This document shows positions 53,583 to 64,000 of a DNA stretch of 64,000 nucleotides, piece after piece. The notes under the pieces were generated by a model, which saw nothing but the letters and a program-made list of their open reading frames with translations, was not told where the DNA came from and made no database searches. The DNA is from Octopus vulgaris (Eukaryota). The translations under genes were made by a program, and so were the position numbers. Numbering within the stretch: position 1 is the first letter of the stretch; every line of letters begins with the position of its first letter. The stretch is taken from NCBI GenBank assembly GCA_951406725.2, contig OX597814.1, positions 201,438,001 to 201,502,000 on the forward strand, written 5' to 3'.

Positions 53583-53585
<3 letters not shown>
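53114..53585. repeat. Foldback element: ~170-bp near-perfect arms (53114-53283 / 53313-53482) plus ~100-bp extension, in (TA)n
   Basis: Direct inverted match. Confidence 0.93.
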
Positions 53586-53624
<39 letters not shown>

Positions 53625-55779
53625 GACAGGCATTTCCTGTTTCTGTCTACCAAATCCACTCACAAGTCTTTGGTCAGTCCAAGGCTATAGTAGAAGACAC
53701 TTGTCCAAAGTGCCATGCAGTGGGATTGAACCCGGAACCACGTGGTTGGTATGCAAGCTACTTACCACACAGTCACTCCCGCACCTACATCTGTTTTCTA
53801 AACAATAGGGTATGATATGATAAGAGGGTGGTTTGGCTGCATTTTCTGATGTTCTGTTATCATATTCTTCCTTCTTTGAATTATGGGACTTACTGGATGT
53901 CACTTGTTATGGTAGAATTAATAAACCTCCAAAGAAAATACTAGATCGTACTTTGTTACAATTGTCTCTACTAGCGCCATCCCAATGTAATTGCTGCCAT
54001 TTATTGGTATTATTGACCATTTTACCATTACTCCAGTTCTTTGATCTGTATAGATTGAGTGAGATGGCAATGTGGTTCCAGGAAAAGTATTTCTCTTGGT
54101 GTGAGATCGATCTTCCAGGGCTTCTAAATAAGGTCAAAGGGTCCTGGATCTGAAGTGAAGCAGTGAAAACAGTGCATTATGACAAGTGATCGTTTATGCA
54201 TGAAGAAATTCCTAAGAATATTTGATTGATTAGCATTCATGGGCAATTAGAATGGCATTTGTAGCGCACGGTGGGATTACTGTGTGAAAGTAGCTGGCTG
54301 GAGGTGGCTGAACGAAATCTCCTCGCAAAAATAATGAGGCAAGTTGCAGATTGATATCACATCGATTTTCTGAATGTACCAATAGATAAATCTCACCGGG
54401 TTATCTATATTTCGAATCACATTAAGAGATACACATGGTGTTAGGTTTCTATAGCTCTGGATATTTGACTAAACATAGCACAATTTGTGATCTTCCCGGT
54501 CAACTTCTCTGGGATGGGGGTTGCCCATCCAAAGGGGTCGGTAAACACTTGAAATGATTTTGAGCATTAAGGGTGCTGATTTATTAGTGAACCGAATTTG
54601 GAATAATACTGTAAATTAAAGCTAAGACTCGCAAACTTCCAGCTACATTTTGATGAAATAACTAGTATTCACCAAACACATTATTTCTCATTAAATATTC
54701 TGCCTATATTAATAAAACATGACTGAATTTTTATTGTTCTTTATCAATTTCGTTAAGTATTTGCATAAAATTTATTTTACTCTCTCTTCCCCCTCTTCCC
54801 CTCTCTCTCTCATAAACTGCCATTGATCAGACTTGCAGACAGATGGGCCCCCATCCAGTTTAAATTTCCAAGTCAGCTCTGTGTTATGGCGGTGTTCCTA
54901 CAACTCCGTTAGGAGTTGAGAGTCCAAGACAAAGCAATTGCGAAAGGATTTTCTGGCCGCAGACGTGAACAGCTATCACCCATTTTGCTATCTGTCTGTA
55001 AAAATGAACGGGGCTTTTTTGAGGTGCCATGTGTAGCACTTACCATTGTTGTTTACCGAATTCTAATGATGGTTCATTGCTTCTTTGTTAGAAACAAACA
55101 TCTTCCTTAAGTGAAGGATTCAAGTAATAAAAAGAAAAACAAATGAATTAAAGAAAGAAAAAGGAACAGACGTATGTACATCCCTACTTAGTTGATATCA
55201 CTTAAATTCCGTTGAAGGAGCTGTTTCTAAATTAGAAATAATATTCATTCTGTTTATTGGAGAGAAATTTGAGACATAAAGTCCCCAAAACACATGAATA
55301 CACAGATGCACACCTACATACAGGCAAAGCATTCCAATATTTAACCTGCTACGCATATATACACGTATCCAGAATCCAGATATAGATATACGGATACAGA
55401 TTTATATATTGTCATGCATTGCAAATATATGCACACATATACACATGTATATGCATACAAACATACAATAAATACGTATTACATGCGCAGATACGAACAT
55501 GCCACAACTTACTGGAAGCACACCGCACGTTCAACAACTTCTGGTGGGTTGGCACTGAATTGAATTTGGATTGTGTAGAATTAGCAGAAAATTTGTGAAA
55601 AATTCGACAATTTAATAACGTAGACTGACCTACATTAACTTGTATTTCCAGGGAAATAAAAAGTAATGTTTAATTTAACTTGTAATAAATTCAGAAAAAA
55701 GTATCAAAAATGAATGAAATTTTCTCTCAGTACTTTGTAGGTTCTCCTTGGAGTAAAAATTATGGCTTTCAACCAATTA

Positions 55780-56440
55780 TGTACGAATTTGGTTAAATTA
55801 CCAATGACAGATTTTTTTTTCAGCACTGTAATTGGAGTGATTTTTGATGATCTTGCTAGCAAGCTTCTAACGAAATGTTCTCAGATCTGTTGTATTGGAT
55901 AAAGATCAGGACTTTGAGCAACCTGTTTCAAATGTTTGATTCCATGAGTTCTTTTCCTTTCTTGTAGGATATGGTCCTTCATCTTTAAAAAAGACTGGCC
56001 TTCTTACCAATTATTACATTGAAATAAACTAGTAATACACTTCTCAAATATTTAACAGTATTCTGAGCCAGTTTAATGATTTTTTCAAGAAGAAAATGAG
56101 TTTGATCTGCCTGTAACCCAAACTTGTTCCCTATACCCCATAACCCCAGTTTTACCATGTTTAGCTGTTCCTTACAAGCAACCAGATTCTCATTTTCAGT
56201 TGAATTGGAAAATTGGCAGCATTTAATTTACTTTCAACAGATTGTATTATTGACGATCAAAACTTGTTTTTCTAACTGGAGAATACGTTAGCCCAGTCCA
56301 ACCTTTTGACCTTAATCTCTTTTGAAATCTGACTCCATTCTTACAACTCTTCGTTCATAACCAAAAGGCTTCAATACCAATCTTAAATAACATGGCAGCA
56401 TATCCATAACATTTACAACGTCTCTAACATTTGCAAGTCA
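55780..56440 (-). mobile_element. Highly decayed Tc1 (DD34E) transposase remnant
   Basis: DWANVFSS*KNKF (~56280), TAKHGKTGVM (~56150) and AQSPDLYPIQQI* (~55900) occur in Tc1 motif order. Confidence 0.65.
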
Positions 56441-56737
56441 ATGTTCAGTAACAAATTTTCTTCAGCATCCCAGATCTTCTCATCACTCAGTAATTAACTT
56501 CTTTAATCACCTTCTCCTATTTTAATCACTGGTTGATTGATGATTAACACCAAAAGATTGATCGATTTTTCAATTAAACACTCCCCGTTAATACCAGCCG
56601 ATGGCTTCTCCAAGTGTAAATTCATCATCACTATCTTTTTCTCATTTGTTTTTATTGTTGGGATTTATCAAATCAAAGTTACGATAAATCCAAAAACACC
56701 GCTAGACACTAAATGTATCTGTACAAAAGTGAAACCA

Positions 56738-56935
<198 letters not shown>

Positions 56936-58054
56936 CATATTCTGTTAGAGGCTGAATCTCCCTGAGAAGTACATTATGGCATTCATATCTGTGGTGTACT
57001 CAGCGACTTTTATGAGCAGACTGTTCTGTTAATCAGATAAACAAGAACCTTGTCGTCATAACCGACGGAGTGCCATTTTTTAAACAGAGTGAAAGTAAAG
57101 GAAATGTTCCATATCGTAAGGCAAAAATGTCAGGTGTTTAGTATAAGCAGTTAAAGCTAAGACGAAATAATTGCTATTCCGTTGTGTATTTGCCCTCGAC
57201 TCACACTCAGTTTGATAACAACAACCTGCACATCGGTGTTTATGTGGAAGCTTGGCCTCCAGATATGTGAGACCCACAAATGTCGCTGTTAGGACCAGAT
57301 TAACACCCATAGTGACCCTAACAACTAAAAAGATTTTCCTGCCCCTATATAGGATCCTTTTTCGTTTTCTTTCGACCACTTGAAGGTTTATCTTGCTCCA
57401 GTCCACCCAGCTGGTCAAAATGAGTTGTAGCTGTAATTCAAAGGGGCCTGTCTTGTCATGTTGTATGTGAGGCTGAATCTCCCTGAGAACTACGTTAACG
57501 GTATGCATGTCTGTGGAGAACTCAGCCACTTGCGAGTTAATTTTATCTTTGCGTGGTAATGAAAAGTGAAAGTGACCTCCAATATTTGCTGTAGTTATTT
57601 GTCTTTGATTTAAAAATGTGTCTAAATATCTATGCATCAACTTCTCTTTTGATCCATGTATCTACTGTCTCTCTCACTTTCTCTCTTTCTCTCTCACTTC
57701 CTCTGTGTCCCTCCTCTCTTACGCTTTTAACTTAACAATGTCTGTATATATCTATGTATCAACTTTTCTTTCGATCTATGTATCTACTTAGCTTGCGATG
57801 TGATAAACATACAAAGACACAAAATGAATGCCCTCACCACACACTGTCTCATCCACTCTCTCTCTCTTTCGCTCTTTCTCTCCATCTCTCTCTCCCTTCG
57901 TCTCTCCCTCTCTCTCCCTTAGTCTCTCTTACTTCCTCTCTGTCTTCCTCTCTCTCTCTCTCTCTCGCTTTGCCATTCACTTCTTCTTTTGAAGTAATGT
58001 GACAGGTACGTACAAAAACAAACAAAACTAAGCGTATTAATATTACTGATAGTA

Positions 58055-58282
<228 letters not shown>

Positions 58283-60400
58283 GTTTGCATGGGAGGCTGA
58301 GGGAACAACTTCAGGATTGTCTTAATGTAGGAATAATACCAGATTGGATGCTTTATGTAAGATAAGAGCAAGTGTTATACAGCTAGCAATCATAGACCAA
58401 TCACTTGCTTGCCATTAGTGTAGAAGCTGTTAACAGGAATGCTTTCAGAATGCGTTTCTGATCACCTTGACAACCAGAATTTATTGCCAGAAGTACAGAA
58501 AGGTTGCAGGAAAAGGGTTAGCGGAATGCATGATCTATTATATATAGACAAAGCAGTTCTAAATGAAGTAAAATCTAGAAAGAAAAATCAAACAATAGCA
58601 AAAATCTAACAAAAGCTTATGACACGATCCCACACTCATGGATAAGTGAATGTTTGAGTATATTCAATATAGCAGACAATATAAGAGAATTAATTAGCTT
58701 TAGCATGAAGAAATGGAAAGTAGATCTCTGTTCAGGTGACACACTGTTAGGGAAAGTTAATATCAAAAGAATTTTCCAATGGGATTCGTTGTCCCCTTTA
58801 ATATTTGTCTAACGTTTGATCCCTCTCAGTTTAGTATTTAGGAGAGCAAAGGCAGGAATCCGTTCAGAAATAGTAAGGACAAAATTAACCATTTGTTCCA
58901 CATGGATAAATCCGAAGCTTTCTAATAAGAATGAAAAAGAGATAGATTCCTTAATGCAGACTGTAAGACACTTCGGAAAAGATATAGGCATGGAATTAAG
59001 CATAGATAAGTGTACGATATTAGTCATGAGAAGGGGACAGGTAGTCAACAGCGAAGGCATCCAATTACCAGATGGCCAGACATTAAAATAATTGAAAGGA
59101 GGAGAGAGTTATAAGTGTCTATGAATATTAGAATCTGACAGCGTACTAACTACAGAAATGAAAATGAAAATTGATAAGGAGTATATCAGAAGGGTGAGGA
59201 AACTAATGAACTCAAAGCTAAATGTTTCGAATCTAGTGACCGCTGTAAATACATGGGTAGTATCATTACTTAGATACTCAGCAGCTTTTGTAGATTGGAC
59301 AAAAACTAAATTATCAAAGCTAGATGGAAGAAATATGAGGGAATGCAATGTAAATCGAGGGCTCCACCCAAGTGCAGGAGTAGCAAGATTCTACTTACTA
59401 GAAAGGAAGGTGGAAGAGGGTTAATATCAGTAAACGACTGGGTGGTGTTAGCTATAGTAGATATAGGCTCCTATGTAGGTAATAGTGAAGAAAGTTTATT
59501 AAAAGCTGCTAGAGTCACAGCAAGACATAGGGAAACCAAAAACCCAAACGAAGTTAAAAACCAGAAAAAAGAACAGAAGTTATCTGACTGGCAGGAGAAG
59601 GCATTACATGAAAGATTCTCAAAGATAGTTGCAGCAAATAGTTGTAGTGAGGCATTGCTATGGTTGCAGAAAGGAATGCTGAAAAGGGAGACAGAGAGTC
59701 TGTTAGTAGCAGCACAAGATCAAGAATTAAGGACTAATTGGATAAAAGCCAAGATAGACAAAAATCAAGTGGATTCCCAATGTAGGCTATGCAAATCAAA
59801 TTAGGAATGAGTAACTAATACAGTAAGTATGCTGGCACAGAAAGAATACAAGAAAATACATTACAACTTAGGGAGAGCAATCCACTGGGAGCTATGTAGA
59901 AAGATAGGATTTGAACATACTGATAAATGGTATGTACATGAACCTAGTAAAGTACTAGAAAGTAAGAAATGCAAGATGATGTTGGTCTTTAACTTTCAGA
60001 CTGACAGGGCCTGATTTGTTAGTAGTAGATAAAGACAATAGAAAGTGCCAAATAATTGACAGTCCCAAATGATGAAAAAATCAATATGAGAAGTATAGAA
60101 AAATAGCAAAGTACCAAGACCTAGCCATTGAATTACAGAGACTATGGGAAGTGGAGGTAAAATGTATCCCAGTAGTTATAGGTGCATTGGGAACTATCCT
60201 TAAAGACCTGAATAGACGGATAGGGGAAATAGGCGTAAAACTCAGTTTAGTACAGCTGCAGAAAACAGTATTATTAAGGACCACTAGATACTTAGGAGGG
60301 TTCTTGGCATCTAAGGCTACTTGTTGCAGTCTGGTGTCAGGATTTTTTTCTTTTCCAACAGTCTAGTCTGTTGAGTGTATATGAACAACAACAACAACAA
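58283..60400 (+). mobile_element. Dong/R4 non-LTR retrotransposon, 5'-truncated and frameshifted (RT, zinc knuckle, RLE)
   Basis: RPITCLP, KAYDTIPHSWI, IFQ.DSLSPL, ETESLLVAAQDQ, CRLC, PDLLVVD, IPVVIGALG; preceded by (AAT)n, ends in (AAC)n. Confidence 0.93.
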
Positions 60401-60788
60401 ATGCTCTGATGTAATATCAGGCATTGGCTCCCATGGCTTCTGAACTTAACTGATTGGATTATTGTTGAGAGGAATTCTTTGGAGTTTGAATAATTCACCT
60501 CTCGAACCATGGGTGTTTTGTTCAACATTCTTAAACAACCCTTATCTGTCAAGGTCCTTTTAAGAGGGATGGGCTACTTGAGCTGAAGAAAATTCTAACA
60601 GGTCCCCACCTGCAAGGTTAGGTGCTGCTTATCTTGATATGAGATCACCATGATATGAGTTCATACACATATGCTTGTGATGCATGTGCCTGGTGTACCC
60701 TTATCAGACAGGCAGTAATGATGAGTATACTAGGCTACGTATATTTTACTCCAGTGACACTTTGATGGCATGCACTGCTCTCTCACTC
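60401..60788 (+). mobile_element. Family T retroposon with internal deletion, followed by (AAT)n
   Basis: Both ends match 37164-37716. Confidence 0.75.
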
Positions 60789-60813
60789 AATAATAATAAT
60801 AATAATAATAATG

Positions 60814-60881
<68 letters not shown>

Positions 60882-61587
60882 GAAAAATTTACTGGTGTCT
60901 TAAAATTTTTTGTAGGTCACTGTATTTAGAGTAGAGAATACATGAAGTTGATTGCAGTTGTGCTGTAGTCTAAATATAGAGTGAGATAAAGTGGTGAGAA
61001 AGAGTGTATTGTATGCACAGATATTTTATTATCTATAAGTGAATGCAAAGTGAAAATACTTATACTGAAGACAAGTGACAATGTTAAACACAAATGACAA
61101 ATAATCAAAGAAATCACTCTTGCAATGGAAAACACAAATTTAATAGAAAGCATCCATGAACATTTTCAATATAAATCTCATCACTCGGAATGTCGGTATC
61201 ATTTAGTGAGATGGAAGCACGAGTTTCATATCTTATTCTTGATTACCTACAGAGATTAAATATAAACTGTCGCTATTTCAGCTTTCCTATTACAGTTAAG
61301 TTCAGCTTTTTTTTTTCTCTTCCTGTTATAATACGCTTTTGATATCCGGGGATAGCTGAAACCAGAGTGTCATGCCAAAATTTTGTTGGTTACACACAGC
61401 TCTTAGCTGTCAATTTGAAGTAATAATTCACTGTGAAAGAAGAGTTCTCTGATGTCATTCCTTCGAGAGAAACGTTGAGACGGGTTAGTTTGGGAATGGT
61501 TGAAACAGCAGATAAGCTCTACCTCCCAAAAAAAATAATAAAAAATAAAAAATTAAAACTGGGAAAGATTGTTCAAAATGTTTAAGT

Positions 61588-61838
61588 CTGTGGTTCTCAA
61601 CCAATTTATTATTATTTTTTTTTAAGGGACCACTTTGATTTCTATTTTACTGAGGTGGATATTTAAAAATTCCTGTTATATTTTTTATAATTAAATATTA
61701 TTAGAAATTGTATTTAAAAAGTGTTAAAAAATTTTGTGCATTGCAGAAGTATAACCAGTTTATTGCAGATAAATTTTAATGAAAAAAATCTTATATGGGA
61801 CCCCCAAAGGTCATATGAACCCTAATTGAGAACCACTG
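61588..61838. mobile_element. hAT-type MITE
   Basis: TIR C(A/T)GTGGTTCTCAA; 8-bp TSD GTTTAAGT, right copy split by the piggyBac insertion. Confidence 0.8.
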
Positions 61839-61844
61839 GTTTAA

Positions 61845-62061
61845 CCCTTTTGTTACTGTATTTATTTTGAGACGCTCTGTGTTTCAATTACTTTAAATAT
61901 AACAAAGAATTTAGTAAAATAACTTAGTTATCATTCAGCTAGTGTTAGGAACATAAATTGTGACAAAAGGCTTGGTGGAAGATTTTAATTCAGAACTTTT
62001 GAAACCAAGACATTTGTACTCAAAGCCAGAGCCAGTTTCAGCTGGGTTGGTAACAAAAGGG
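61845..62061. mobile_element. piggyBac-type MITE
   Basis: TTAA|CCCTTTTGTTAC ... GTAACAAAAGGG|TTAA. Confidence 0.9.
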
Positions 62062-62331
62062 TTAAGTGAGAGAAAACAAGGTGGGAAGAGTGGACTCAGT
62101 ACAGAATTTCAGTCTTTGAATTGCAAATAAATGGATGAATTATGTCTAGATTCCTTAGATGGAATAATGCTTAGATTCAAGGCTAAACAAGCAAAGGACT
62201 GTTTTAAGCTGCAATGGAACTTTAAAGAAAAAGAGAGAGAAATAAAGAATATAAAGACAAGCAGTCTATGTTTCTGTTTTCTATAAAAACCTGGCACGAA
62301 AGAGTTATGTATGGTCTCATATATGAACGTA

Positions 62332-63246
62332 TTGTGTCTTCCCATAGATAATGCGGTTTTTTTAGATTTCTTTTATTTTTCAAAATTAAGATAAACAAAG
62401 AACTTTTTTGATCTAAAATATACTCTCCTTCATTTTCTACAATTTTCTTCCATCTATCCGGTAGACTTGTAAGGCCTCATTTCCAAAATTCACTTGTCTG
62501 TGATGAAAAATACTCCTCCAGTACTGTTCTGACCTCATCTACAGAATTCATATTTTTTCTGTCCAAATGATTATGAAGACTGTGGAATAAATGATAATCA
62601 GATGGGGCAATGTCTGGTGAATATGGTGGGTGGGGGCATCATTTCTCATTCAAACTGCTCCAGCCTTTGGAATGTCATCCTTGTTGTACGTGGTCAAGTA
62701 TTATCCTGATGAAAGAACACCTTTCGTTTTGAAGCCAAAGATGGTCATTTTCTGATGGCATGCAGGTGCTGATGACAGGCTGAATGGGTAAATCCAAGCT
62801 TCTCTGCTAGTTTCTCAACAGATACGATATGATTTTGTCCCACCAGGGTTTGCAGGACGTCCTCATCGAGCTCTGCAGATCTTCCAGGATGAGACTCATC
62901 TTCTAGGCTGTAGTTTCCGGCTCAGAATTTGTGGCACCACCATTGACACTGGCTTATGCCTATTACCCAATCTCCGTAGACTGCATTAATATTCCTCACA
63001 CTTATTTCCTTTATTGAACTCACAAAGCAAAATATGCCAAATATGCTCCTTTGTCACTTCCATTATAACTTTAAAAAAACAACTGTTAAGATCGAACTGC
63101 ACTCTTCAAAACTTGCACTAAGAATAAGTACAAGGTAAAATCACTACCGACTTTTATAGCAAGTTGATGCAGGTAGTTTATCCCATCTCCCTCCGAATTT
63201 TAGTTCATGCGATTGAAAAAACCGCATTATTTATGGGATGAACCAA
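62332..63246 (-). mobile_element. Decayed mariner element
   Basis: TIRs with cccata.ataatgcggtttt, TA TSD; N-terminus MEVTKEHIWHILL (ATG ~63064) and HPPYSPDIAPSDYHLF. Confidence 0.88.
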
Positions 63247-63856
63247 TATTTTATGTCTTTTCGCTTGTTAGAATATAATGATAAATGAATAATATATTGT
63301 TATGGAAAATAATGTTCACCCATTTAACTTTTAATGTGTACTTCTAGTGTGTTGTAAGCACCAAAGGCTTAAAAGGACCAAGTTTAATTTTTATTAGTTT
63401 AAGAGTCTAAAAACAATCAATTTTCCAAACAACACATTTTATTCACTGTTTGTTTTTCCTTCTTAATGTAACAACAACAATGCTGTACCTATTTCTTTTT
63501 TGCTATGTTTGAAAGGAAAAGTAAGTTTGTTAATTAAACAAAGACACCAAAGAATGCGATTCCGCATCCCGTAATGGAGAATCAATAACGGTTCATGACA
63601 TACCCCAATTTATAATTAGTATGGCATTACATCTTTTTCATGTCTTTACGTCAAACTCAACCAAATAAGATGTCTAAAAGTTAAATTAAGAAACCCTAGA
63701 TATTTCGTTCTTACTATGATGAATAGTAAAAACAAAACGGGAAATTTCTAGATGCAAAAATTTATACAATTTCTTATTCAAATAACTCTGGCTTTCTCTC
63801 TGTTTATCTGTCTGTTTGTTTGTGTGTGTGTGTCTTTCTCACTCATACTATATCTT

Positions 63857-63936
<80 letters not shown>

Positions 63937-64000
63937 AATATATATATATATCTGTATATCTATCTATCAGTATATCTATCTGTCTATCAATCTGTCTGTC

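Noticed and set aside
60895-60924. Tc1-like TIR end (cactg|ta)
   Set aside because: No matching partner TIR identified

Overview
AT-rich, repeat-saturated eukaryotic DNA. The SINE families and the very high microsatellite load suggest a coleoid cephalopod, probably Octopus (inference). I could not support any host protein-coding exon: nearly all listed ORFs are translated microsatellites or decayed transposons. Recognisable content: several tRNA-derived SINE families; many Dong/R4 (RLE) LINE fragments stacked in (TAA)n tracts; RTE and CR1-like LINE ends; two mariner remnants and one Tc1 remnant; two non-autonomous Helitrons; hAT and piggyBac MITEs with readable TSDs; a Penelope-like element (PLE) 3' end; and long foldback hairpins. 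The most notable signal is a set of minimal hammerhead ribozyme (HHR) motifs. One family sits in a composite element (tRNA-like Pol III head + (AAT)n + HHR tail) that is repeatedly inserted as an inverted dimer, suggesting a PLE-mobilised, ribozyme-bearing SINE. A second family, linked to a PLE GIY-YIG C-terminus, has a non-canonical CUGUNGA core. Several unique islands rich in homeodomain/Pbx/Meis motifs may be enhancers. All alignments and base-pairings were read by eye; no searches were run.
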